Origin: Christensenellales bacterium
Lineage (GTDB): Bacteria > Bacillota > Clostridia > Christensenellales > MGBC116941
DNA: 64,000 nucleotides
Direction of reading: 5' to 3'
Assembly (NCBI GenBank): GCA_050945795.1
Contig: JBMNTP010000007.1
Coordinates: 864 to 64,863 of the forward strand
A program made the position numbers and the translations under genes. This document shows, piece by piece, positions 48,753 to 57,015 of this stretch. The stretch's first letter is position 1. Each line of letters begins with the position of its first letter. The notes below the pieces were generated by a model that did no database searches, was not told the DNA's origin, and worked only from the letters and a program-made list of their open reading frames with translations.

Positions 48753-49166
48753 TTAAATAACGCCTCCCCATTCAGGCCCCGGCCCCGACATCCTCTTATC
48801 CCCTTCGCTTTCAAGAGCAGCTCTTTCTGCCTTTGTCAGCGTTTTTAAAACCAGAGCATATGATATATCGCCAAACTCCATAAGCTGCTCGTCTGTAAGA
48901 GAGCCGTTAAGGGATATGGTGTTCCAATGCCTTTTGTTGAGATAATATCCCGGCTTTACCGCATCATACTCCCGCCTTAAAGCGTCGGCCATAAGCGGCT
49001 CGCATTTATAGGATATGGACGGCTCTCCGCTCATGCTGCCGGCAAGAGCGAACATCTTACCGCTAACCTTTATAACAGGCGTATCCGCCCCAAAAGGGAA
49101 ATCGATATGCGCGCCCGGCTTTTTAAGGAGATAGTCCATTATTTGGTCTAAATTATTCTCTTTCAT
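48753..49166 (-). CDS. MmcQ/YjbR family DNA-binding protein
   Basis: MKENNLDQIMDYLLKKPGAHIDFPFG...KPGYYLNKRHWNTI is typical of the YjbR family. Confidence 0.8.
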   Translation of the reverse strand: MKENNLDQIMDYLLKKPGAHIDFPFGADTPVIKVSGKMFALAGSMSGEPSISYKCEPLMADALRREYDAVKPGYYLNKRHWNTISLNGSLTDEQLMEFGDISYALVLKTLTKAERAALESEGDKRMSGPGPEWGGVI

Positions 49167-50310
49167 ATACCACGTTTCCGTTAATAAGAACTTTTTCCGT
49201 CTTGGTTCTAAAATCGAGAGGATGCCCGTCAAAAATAACTATGTCAGCATCTTTCCCAACCTCTATGCTGCCAACTCTGTCGGCTATGCCGGTAATCTGC
49301 GCCGCGTTTATGGTTATAGAGCGCAGCGCCTCCATCTCATCAAGCCCCTCGCGCACAGCCAAAGCCGCGCAAACAGGCAGATACTGCACAGGTATAACGG
49401 GATGGTCTGTCATAATAGCGAATTTAATGCCCGCCTCATGCATTATAGCGGGTGCTTTAAATGTAAGGTTTTTTAGCTCTATTTTGCTTCTTTCAGACAG
49501 CAGCGGCCCAAGTATAACCGCCGCCTGCTCCTCTTTTAAAAAGTCGGATATCATATAGCCTTCGGTGCAATGCTCAATAGTATAGCTAATGGCGAATTCG
49601 CCGCATATCCTTATCGCCGTCTGTATATCATCGGCACGGTGCGCGTGTATTTTAAGAGGCAACCTGCCCGAAAGCACATCCACAAGCGGCTCAAGCTTCA
49701 TATCTCGCTCCGGCTCTTTTTCGGGGTCGTCCTTCGCCCTATCTAGCTTTTTAGCGTATTCCTGCGCCTTTATAAGGCTTTCCCTAAGTATAGCCGCGGT
49801 AGCCATTCTTGTTGCCGGCGATTTTTTAAGCCCGCCGTATACTCGCTTGGGATTTTCGCCTAACGCCGCCTTTATCGCCAGTGGAAATTTTAAAATCATA
49901 TCGTCAACACTGCTGCCGCAGGTTTTAAGCGCCGCGAACATGCCGCCTATTACATTAGCGCTGCCGGGTCCCGTAACAACAGTCGTAACGCCGGCTTCCG
50001 CCGCTTCTTTAAAGCACCGGTCGACAGGGTTTATAGCGTCAATCGCCCTAAGCTGCGGCGTTACCGGCTCATACACCTCGTTGCCGTCCGAGCCCTCCTC
50101 GCCCATGCCGTCCTCCCACATGCCTATATGGCAATGCGCGTCTATAATGCCGGGCATTACATACCTGCCCCCCGCCTCTATAATATCGGCGCCCTGCGCA
50201 TCTATCTCCGGGCCCACCTCAACTATAGTGCCGCAATCTATGAGTATATCTCCCTTTTCATAATCGTTCTCCGCCATAGTAAGTAGGCGGCCGCCTTTAA
50301 TTAATATCAT
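49153..50310 (-). CDS. metal-dependent amidohydrolase
   Basis: MILIKGGRLL...PGIIDAHCHIG with a TIM-barrel amidohydrolase signature. ATG 50310 has GGAGGAG upstream. Confidence 0.88.
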   Translation of the reverse strand: MILIKGGRLLTMAENDYEKGDILIDCGTIVEVGPEIDAQGADIIEAGGRYVMPGIIDAHCHIGMWEDGMGEEGSDGNEVYEPVTPQLRAIDAINPVDRCFKEAAEAGVTTVVTGPGSANVIGGMFAALKTCGSSVDDMILKFPLAIKAALGENPKRVYGGLKKSPATRMATAAILRESLIKAQEYAKKLDRAKDDPEKEPERDMKLEPLVDVLSGRLPLKIHAHRADDIQTAIRICGEFAISYTIEHCTEGYMISDFLKEEQAAVILGPLLSERSKIELKNLTFKAPAIMHEAGIKFAIMTDHPVIPVQYLPVCAALAVREGLDEMEALRSITINAAQITGIADRVGSIEVGKDADIVIFDGHPLDFRTKTEKVLINGNVVYERE

Positions 50311-50370
50311 AACTCCTCCAAGATAAATGCTACAAAGTATTATACACCACGCCGCACCGCTTGACAAAGC

Positions 50371-51207
50371 TTATCCGCTAAACCCTCTGCCCAGAACTTC
50401 CCCCGCTTCAACCGCTATCATAAAAGCGAGCGGATCGTTCCGTTTTATAATGTCCTTAAGCGCCGTAAACTGCGAGTTGCCCTCTACAACGCAAAGCAGC
50501 ACGCTCTTCTCGCCGCCGCTGTATCCGCCCTTGCCGCTCAATTCCGTTACGCCGCGCTTAATCTCATTCATGATGCATTCTTTTATTATTTCAGCCTCGT
50601 CGGTTATTATAAAAAACGCCCTGCTGCGCGCCGGCGCTAGTATGAGGTCTATAACCTTTGCGCATACAAAAACCGTAACCAAAGCGTAAAGCGCTTCCTC
50701 CGGCCCAAGAAACACTCCGGAACCGACTACAACAATCGTATCTATTATAAGAATGAAGTTTCCAAGGCTAAGCTCGCTTTTCATTCTAAGCCTTAAAAGC
50801 AGCGCGGCTATGTCTGTGCCGCCGGTAGAGCCTCCTCCGCGAAGTATAAGCCCCATGCCGGCACCAAGAAGCACGCCGCCAAATATAGTGGCGAGCAGCG
50901 GATCAACAGCCAGCTCCGGCATAATAAGATTGTCTGTGGCTAAAGAATACGCCGCCAGTCCGAATATGCTTTTTATAAAATATCCCCGCCCCACATACCG
51001 CCATGCCATTATAAAAAGCGGCAGGTTAAGTACAAGGAGCGACAGCCCAAACGGCACGCCTATTTTTATATGCAATACCGCAGCGATACCGCTAAAGCCG
51101 CCCGGCGCTACATTATTAGGTATTAACAGCAGATTAAGCGCCACCGCCGACAGCACCGCCCCAAGCAGCATCAAAAGATAATCTCCCGCTTGTTTTTTTA
51201 TGTTCAT
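50371..51207 (-). CDS. YitT family membrane protein (DUF2179 C-terminal domain)
   Basis: Five or six TM helices plus a C-terminal DUF2179-like domain. ATG 51207 has GGAGA 7 nt upstream. Confidence 0.88.
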   Translation of the reverse strand: MNIKKQAGDYLLMLLGAVLSAVALNLLLIPNNVAPGGFSGIAAVLHIKIGVPFGLSLLVLNLPLFIMAWRYVGRGYFIKSIFGLAAYSLATDNLIMPELAVDPLLATIFGGVLLGAGMGLILRGGGSTGGTDIAALLLRLRMKSELSLGNFILIIDTIVVVGSGVFLGPEEALYALVTVFVCAKVIDLILAPARSRAFFIITDEAEIIKECIMNEIKRGVTELSGKGGYSGGEKSVLLCVVEGNSQFTALKDIIKRNDPLAFMIAVEAGEVLGRGFSG

Positions 51208-51370
51208 AATCAATTCTCCATAAAACTACTTTAACTATTTTACCACAAAACCCGCCTTCCCTAACGCTTAAGCGCCGCATAGCTAAAAAGCAGCCACGCA
51301 TTTTGGCGCACCTTAACATATTTATAATCTCTTAACTAAGATATTAAATTCTCCATATTATAATTGCCCA

Positions 51371-51392
51371 CAAAAAACGCCGCGAACGGCGC
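51371..51392 (-). terminator. rho-independent terminator closing the Cys-rich peptide transcription unit
   Basis: Minus strand reads GCGCCG-TTCG-CGGCGT followed by TTTTTTG. Confidence 0.6.
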
Positions 51393-51521
51393 TCTAAGAA
51401 TATAATAATTAAAAGCTTTGATTTGTCTTAGTCGATAGATATGCTTTTTTAAAACTGATTTTTCGGCTCGCACGGCAATATAATTAAATATATTGCTTTC
51501 TGCTTTTAGCGGCTGTTTTAT

Positions 51522-51567
51522 AAGAGCAAAATAGCGCGACGAAGCCGCGTCGCGCCATTTTGCTCTT
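51522..51567. other. 46-nt near-perfect inverted repeat (long stem-loop) in a gene-free region
   Basis: AAGAGCAAAATaGCGCGAC-gaagccgc-GTCGCGCcATTTTGCTCTT: 11 + 7 bp interrupted by one mispair. Confidence 0.8.
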
Positions 51568-51617
51568 AATTAAGGCTTACCCCGGCCTTTTATCGTTAGA
51601 TATTCGCCGTTGTTGTC

Positions 51618-51827
51618 TTAGCAGGGGCCGCATCCCCTATTGTCGCATGATGTTCCACCAAAGCCGCCGCAGCAGCAGAGCAGTAGTATAAGGGGCAGTA
51701 TGCTGTCACCGCAAGAGTCCCCACAGCCACAGCCGCAGCTGTTAGATTTAGAGGCTCCGCCAAAGCCTCCGCAGCAGCAAAGCAGCAGAATCGGCAAGAG
51801 GCAGTTATCGTTGAAGCAGCCGTTCAT
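51618..51827 (-). CDS. Cys/Gly-rich tandem-module micro-protein (69 aa), unknown function
   Basis: GGGAGG lies 8 nt before ATG 51827. The product is MNGCFNDNCLLPILLLCCCGGFGGASKSNSCGCGCGDSCGDSILPLILLLCCCGGFGGTSCDNRGCGPC. The track ORF (51618-51929) is over-extended. Confidence 0.65.
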   Translation of the reverse strand: MNGCFNDNCLLPILLLCCCGGFGGASKSNSCGCGCGDSCGDSILPLILLLCCCGGFGGTSCDNRGCGPC

Positions 51828-51971
51828 ATAGTTTTCCTCCCTAAAAATTATGTTCCTTGCAACCAAGGTTACTTCATAATACGCAGCGTGTTGCAATTTG
51901 GTGAAACACCGCGCCTCACTTTTGCGCATAAAAAAAGCGCCTTAGCGCCACAACCGCATTTAGCGGCTCTA

Positions 51972-52925
51972 TTATGCTTTTTCTTTTAAAGCACAAAGCA
52001 ATCCCGCCCCAACAAGCCCCGCGTCATTGCCCAGCACCGCCGGCACCACCTTTAAAAGCTCCATATTCTTATACATGCGCATTTGCGCCATCCTCTCTCT
52101 TACCGGATTAAAAAGTATTTCCCCGGCATGCGACAGCCCGCCGCCTAACGCTATTATCTCAGTATCAAAAAGCGAAACGGCAGACAAAAGGCCATGCGAT
52201 AGATAATCAACATATTTTGAAAATGCGCGTCCGGCAGCTTTATCGCCGCTTTTCGCGCATGATATTACAGTTTTAGGCGTAATGCCTTCTTTTGCGGCAT
52301 TCATAAGACTGGAGCCGTCTTTTTCCGCCTCCTCCTTGCCCATACACGCCAATGCCGACGCCGAGCAGTACCTTTCAAGGCATCCGCTTTTGCCGCAGCC
52401 GCACTTCTCTCCGCCATAAACCAGCGTAATATGGCCAAGCTCGGCTCCTGCTCCCCTAGAGCCGGTAAAAAGGCAATTGTCAATTATTATGCCGGAGCCG
52501 ACTCCGGTGCCAAGCGTTACCGTCATCGAATGCCGCCATCCTTTGCACGCGCCCACAGTATGCTCGGCGAGGGCGGCGAGATTGGCGTCATTTTCAATAT
52601 AAACAGGCGCGCTTATATGCTTTGCCATTTCTATCGAAAACGGCACATCCAGCCATGACAGGTTAGGACAAACCGCCGCTTCCCCCGTCTCCCTGTTAGG
52701 CAGGCCGGGTATGCCTACGCCTACCGCCTTTACTCTTTTTATATCAATACCGACGCGCCTTAAAAGCTCGTGAGCGCATGCCGCTGTGTCGCTTATGATT
52801 TTTTTGTATGAAAGCGATTTGTCTGTTACAAAAGCATCTTTTATTATAAGGCCGTCCTCTTTATCATAAAGGCCGGCCTTAACGCTAGTTCCACCTATAT
52901 CGGCAACGAAAAACAAATCACCCAA
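51972..52925 (-). CDS. glcK: ROK family glucokinase
   Basis: Motif DIGGTSVKAG and the ROK zinc motif CGCGKSGCLE. Confidence 0.9.
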   Translation of the reverse strand: MGDLFFVADIGGTSVKAGLYDKEDGLIIKDAFVTDKSLSYKKIISDTAACAHELLRRVGIDIKRVKAVGVGIPGLPNRETGEAAVCPNLSWLDVPFSIEMAKHISAPVYIENDANLAALAEHTVGACKGWRHSMTVTLGTGVGSGIIIDNCLFTGSRGAGAELGHITLVYGGEKCGCGKSGCLERYCSASALACMGKEEAEKDGSSLMNAAKEGITPKTVISCAKSGDKAAGRAFSKYVDYLSHGLLSAVSLFDTEIIALGGGLSHAGEILFNPVRERMAQMRMYKNMELLKVVPAVLGNDAGLVGAGLLCALKEKA

Positions 52926-52951
52926 ACCCGCACACCATCCTAAAGGCCGAA

Positions 52952-53893
52952 TCAGCTTTTTTCTTTAAAACTCTCTATGTTTTTGCGCATACGCTTTTCA
53001 AATTCCTTCGCCGCGTCATAACCAAGCCTTTTAAGGTTAAAGTTACGCGCCGCCACCTCAACTATAATAGCTATATTGCGCCCCGGTTTAACCGGCGTTA
53101 CATACTTTGGTACATTTACATCGAGTATTTCGGCGTACTGCTCCTCTGTACCGAGCCTGTCGTATGCCTTGCCCTGCTCCCACATCTCAAGCTCAATAAC
53201 AAGCTCTATCGACTTGGAATACGCCACCGCTCCCGCGCCGTACATATTCCTTATATCAATAATGCCAATTCCCCTTATTTCCATAAGGTGTCTTACAAAC
53301 TCCGGCGCTTTTCCTATAAGCCTATTATCCGCCACCCTCGTTATTTCAACAACATCGTCGGCAACCAGCCTGTGACCCCTCTTTATAAGCTCTAGCGCCG
53401 TTTCACTTTTGCCTATACCGCTGTCGCCAAGGAACATAACACCAACGCCGAACACATCAAGCAAAACGCCGTGACGGGTAATAGTCGGTGCCAGCGCCAG
53501 CGTAAGGTAATGTATAACGCGGAGTGTAAAGCGGGTGGTGGTCTGACGGGAGGAGAATATAGGCACCCCCGCCTTTTTCGCCTCCTCCAGCATTTCTTTT
53601 GGCGCTCTTAGCCCCCTAGCAATAATCACGCAAGGCACCTTATAAGAAAAATACCTCTCTAAAACCTCGCGCCGATACTCCGGCGGCTTTTCCTTTATGT
53701 AGCTCATCTCGGCCATGCCCATAACCTGCACTCGGGTTTGCGCGAAGTATGTAAAAAACCCCGCAAACTGCAAACCCGGCCTGTTCAGGTCGGCTGTCTC
53801 AATATAAAACTCTTCTTTATCAACCGGGCTTACTATTCTTAGATCCAAATCTTTAGCGAACTTTTTGATATTAACAGCCGTTTTGAGCGCCAT
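52952..53893 (-). CDS. hprK: HPr kinase/phosphorylase
   Basis: Walker A GDSGIGKSETALELI. 313 aa. Confidence 0.96.
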   Translation of the reverse strand: MALKTAVNIKKFAKDLDLRIVSPVDKEEFYIETADLNRPGLQFAGFFTYFAQTRVQVMGMAEMSYIKEKPPEYRREVLERYFSYKVPCVIIARGLRAPKEMLEEAKKAGVPIFSSRQTTTRFTLRVIHYLTLALAPTITRHGVLLDVFGVGVMFLGDSGIGKSETALELIKRGHRLVADDVVEITRVADNRLIGKAPEFVRHLMEIRGIGIIDIRNMYGAGAVAYSKSIELVIELEMWEQGKAYDRLGTEEQYAEILDVNVPKYVTPVKPGRNIAIIVEVAARNFNLKRLGYDAAKEFEKRMRKNIESFKEKS

Positions 53894-53902
53894 AATTTAT
53901 CC

Positions 53903-54715
53903 TCATTCCTCGCCTAAAGCATATTTTTCTATGGATTGTGCCACTCCGTCCTCTTCATTGCTCGGGCAAATAACATCGGCAACATCCTTTGCCGTCTGCA
54001 TACCGTTGGCTACGGCTATGCCAAGCCCAGCATATTCTATCATGCTTATGTCGATTTCAGAATCGCCAATCGCCATAACTTCTTCCCGCTTAAAGCCGTA
54101 ATACTGCTCAGCGAGATATTTAAGCGCTTTGCCCTTGCCGCCTCCCAGTCTTGAAAACTCCATAAGAGTAGACCGCGAGCGCAATACCTCAAGTACATTA
54201 CCGTATTTCTCGCGCATCTGGGGCAGCAACATATCTATTGTTTCCTCCGCCGCCACAACAACAACTTTCGGCGTCGGCGGCAATTCGTCAAGGTTTACCA
54301 TCTCCGGCCTTACCGCTCCGCTTAGACCGGAATATTCCTCATACCTCTTTGCCCATTCGTTATCCTTGGCGTAGGCAATTCTGTCATTATCGTATATATG
54401 CGCATGATAGCCGGCGCTGTCCGCCCATTTTATCAATTCACTTACATATACATTGTCAATTTCATCGCGGTATATAAGCTTGCCTGTTTCATAATCCCTT
54501 ATATGTGCGCCGCCGTTTATAATGGCGGGCTCCGTCAGATTAAGCTCATCTATAAACGGCTTGCACGCGCCATACGCGCGCCCCGTAGCTATAACAACCT
54601 TTATCCCCGCCGCCATTGCCTTTGCGACGGCGTCCTTCGTCCTTTGTGTGATGCGTCTGTCGTCGGTTAGAAAAGTATCGTCGGCGTCAAGTGCAATTAG
54701 TTTGTAACGAATCAT
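53903..54715 (-). CDS. Cof-type HAD-IIB family hydrolase
   Basis: LIALDADDTFL (DxD motif) and GDSEIDISM. 270 aa. Confidence 0.9.
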   Translation of the reverse strand: MIRYKLIALDADDTFLTDDRRITQRTKDAVAKAMAAGIKVVIATGRAYGACKPFIDELNLTEPAIINGGAHIRDYETGKLIYRDEIDNVYVSELIKWADSAGYHAHIYDNDRIAYAKDNEWAKRYEEYSGLSGAVRPEMVNLDELPPTPKVVVVAAEETIDMLLPQMREKYGNVLEVLRSRSTLMEFSRLGGGKGKALKYLAEQYYGFKREEVMAIGDSEIDISMIEYAGLGIAVANGMQTAKDVADVICPSNEEDGVAQSIEKYALGEE

Positions 54716-54785
54716 GTATTGTACCCCTTTAAATAATATTATAAATTACAACAGCTTATCTGGAATTATACCGTCTTGCAGCATG

Positions 54786-55130
54786 CTTTTGCCCCCGGCA
54801 AAAGCCTTCATGGTTCAATGTTCTCTCAGCCGCCGGACGCTCTGCGTCCGTCTGCGGCGTGAGGTTATTATACCGCAAAAGAGGCGGCGCAGCCGACTTC
54901 GGAGCGCAGCGACGGCTTTCGCAAAGCGAAAGGCTTTGTGGTTCAATGTTCTCTCAGCCGCCGGACACTCTGCGTCCGTCTGCGGCGTGAGGTTATTATA
55001 CCGCAAAAGAGGCGGCGCAGCCGACTTCGGAGCGCAGCGACGTCTTTCGTAATGCGGAAGGCTTTGCGGTTCAATGTTCTCTCAGCCGCCGGGCGCTCTG
55101 CGTCCGCTTGCGGCGTGAGGTTATTATACC
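54786..55130. repeat. non-coding tandem repeat, 128-nt period, about 2.5 copies plus a degenerate leading copy
   Basis: GGTTCAATGTTCTCTCAGCCGCC... recurs at 54812, 54940 and 55068. Copies 1 and 2 differ at about 6 of 128 nt. Each unit contains two conserved hairpins. Confidence 0.9.
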
Positions 55131-55181
55131 ATATAGCTACCTGCGTTAGAAGGCGGTTATATAAAGCTTGTGTAAAACCGC

Positions 55182-57008
55182 TCAGGAGCTAAAATGCTTT
55201 ATAACGGAGGCGGCCGACCGCCTGTCAAGACCGGCGTCTAAAAGTTCTTCAAGGCTGGCCTTTTTTATTTCGTCCATATTCCTGAAAGCCTTTTGCAGCA
55301 TAGTCCTCCTGCGCGGGCCTATGCCGGGTATGCCGTCAAGCTCGGATACCACGCTGTGCTTACCGCGCAGCTTTCTATGATATGTTATAGCGAATCTATG
55401 CGCCTCATCTCGGGCGCGCTGTATCAACTGGAGAGCCAGGTCTTTTCTGTCAAGCACAATAGGCTGATCATTATCCGGCAGCCATATCTCTTCCTCACGC
55501 TTGGCAAGTCCGATTCTCGGTATCTGCGTAAAGCCTAGCTCATCCATGGCTCGGCAAGCGAATTCTAGCTGTATACGCCCCCCGTCTATAAGCACAAGGT
55601 CGGGCAGATCCGAAAACTTGCCGTCCTCGCCTTTGCTCTGCTCCTCTATGGCGCGCGAAAATCTTCTTTGTATAACCTCGGCCATCGACGCGAAATCGTT
55701 CGCGCCTTCCACCGTCTTTATTCTAAAGCGGCGATAATCCTTGCGGCTCGGCCTGCCGTCAATCATAACGACCATAGACGCCACAGAATCCACGCCTTGT
55801 ATATTCGATATATCGTAAGCCTCAAGCCGCCTTATATAATCGGTGCCTATGGCTTTGCCAAGCGCCTCCGCCGCGCCCTCATGTCGCTGCCAGTCCCGCT
55901 GCTTTCTAAGTCCTTGCGCTATAATGGCCTCTGCGGCGTTTTTCCCCGCCAGCTCCACCATCCTGCGCTTATCCCCGCGCTTTGGACAGTAAATTTTTAC
56001 GCTGCCGCCTCTAAGCCCCCTAAGCCATTGCTCTACAAGCTCTTCATCCTCTATATCGCAAGGCAAAAGAATCTCGGCAGGCGGCTTTGCCGCCGCGTAA
56101 TACTGCCTTACAAACGCCGATACCACCGTACACTCGTCCTCGCCGCCTCTAAGCTCATGCCGTTCAGCGCCTACAACCTTGCCGCCGCGCACCATCATAA
56201 CCTGCACAATAGCCGTTTCTCCGCTTAAAGCAGCAGCTATAATATCTCTGTTCTCAAGGCTTGATGAATCGGCGTGCTGGCGGCTTAGCACTAGCCTTAC
56301 CTTTTCAAGCCTATCCCTTATATCGGCGGCGCGCTCGTAATCCATAGCCTCCGATGCCGCCAGCATCTCCTGTTCAAGCTGTTTTTCTATTTCGTCATAT
56401 CTGCCACTTAAAAAATCTATAACCTTTTCGACATGCCGATGGTAATCCTCTTTTGATATGTATCCGGCGCAAGGCGCATCGCATTTGCCTATCTGATAAT
56501 TAAGGCAAGGCCGCTCTTTTCTCGCTATAGCCCTGTTGATATCCTTTTTGCATGTCCTAAGCGGAAAATTGTCGTATACCGAATCAAGCACCTCTCTAAG
56601 ATGCAGCGCCGAAAGATAAGGCCCAAAATATCGCGCGCCGTCCTGCTTAACTTTTCTTACCACCTCGGCGCGCGGGAAATCCTCGCTTAAATCTATCCTT
56701 AAATACGGATAGTGCTTATCGTCTTTTAAAAGTATGTTGTAACGGGGGCGGTGCCTCTTAATAAGGTTGCATTCAAGTATAAGCGCCTCAAGCTCGCTTG
56801 AGCAAATAACATACTCAAAGTCCTCTATAAGCGATACCATTATTTCAACTTTTAGAGGCTTTTGCGAGCTTTGGAAATACTGCCTTACCCTGTTTTTTAG
56901 CGAAACCGCCTTCCCTACATATATTATTTCGCCCGCCGCGTCCTTCATAAGGTATACGCCGGGCAAAGCCGGCAATATAGCCAGCTTGTTTTTAAGTGTT
57001 TCGTTCAT
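55182..57008 (-). CDS. uvrC: excinuclease ABC subunit C
   Basis: GIY-YIG N-terminus (GVYLMKDAAGEIIYVGKA), UVR domain, RNase-H-like endonuclease domain and a C-terminal (HhH)2. Confidence 0.96.
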   Translation of the reverse strand: MNETLKNKLAILPALPGVYLMKDAAGEIIYVGKAVSLKNRVRQYFQSSQKPLKVEIMVSLIEDFEYVICSSELEALILECNLIKRHRPRYNILLKDDKHYPYLRIDLSEDFPRAEVVRKVKQDGARYFGPYLSALHLREVLDSVYDNFPLRTCKKDINRAIARKERPCLNYQIGKCDAPCAGYISKEDYHRHVEKVIDFLSGRYDEIEKQLEQEMLAASEAMDYERAADIRDRLEKVRLVLSRQHADSSSLENRDIIAAALSGETAIVQVMMVRGGKVVGAERHELRGGEDECTVVSAFVRQYYAAAKPPAEILLPCDIEDEELVEQWLRGLRGGSVKIYCPKRGDKRRMVELAGKNAAEAIIAQGLRKQRDWQRHEGAAEALGKAIGTDYIRRLEAYDISNIQGVDSVASMVVMIDGRPSRKDYRRFRIKTVEGANDFASMAEVIQRRFSRAIEEQSKGEDGKFSDLPDLVLIDGGRIQLEFACRAMDELGFTQIPRIGLAKREEEIWLPDNDQPIVLDRKDLALQLIQRARDEAHRFAITYHRKLRGKHSVVSELDGIPGIGPRRRTMLQKAFRNMDEIKKASLEELLDAGLDRRSAASVIKHFSS

Positions 57009-57015
57009 GTTTCTA

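Noticed and set aside
51134-51319. A 61-aa minus-strand ORF upstream of and overlapping the yitT start.
   Set aside because: It has no SD, it overlaps the yitT promoter and RBS region, and its composition is not protein-like.
51618-51827. The Cys-rich peptide as a RiPP precursor (sactipeptide, ranthipeptide or lanthipeptide).
   Set aside because: No maturase (radical SAM/SPASM, LanM/LanB/LanC, YcaO), leader peptidase or dedicated exporter lies within about 10 kb. The neighbours are glcK/hprK and yitT. I keep it only as a remote alternative.
54812-54830. GGTTCAATG at the start of each repeat unit resembles a tRNA T-arm (GGTTCGAAT).
   Set aside because: No matching acceptor, D or anticodon arms can be drawn around it, and the complementary T-stem strand is missing.
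54714-55192. Plus-strand ORFs of 112 aa and 84 aa with repeated 'MVQCSLSRRTLCVRLRREVIIPQKRRRSRLRSAAT' segments; also the possibility that this is a CRISPR array.
   Set aside because: The repeat period is 128 nt, which is not divisible by 3, so the apparent protein repeat is an artefact of reading a DNA tandem repeat. There is no SD. It is not CRISPR: the repeats are contiguous with no unique spacers, the unit is far too long, and there are no cas genes.
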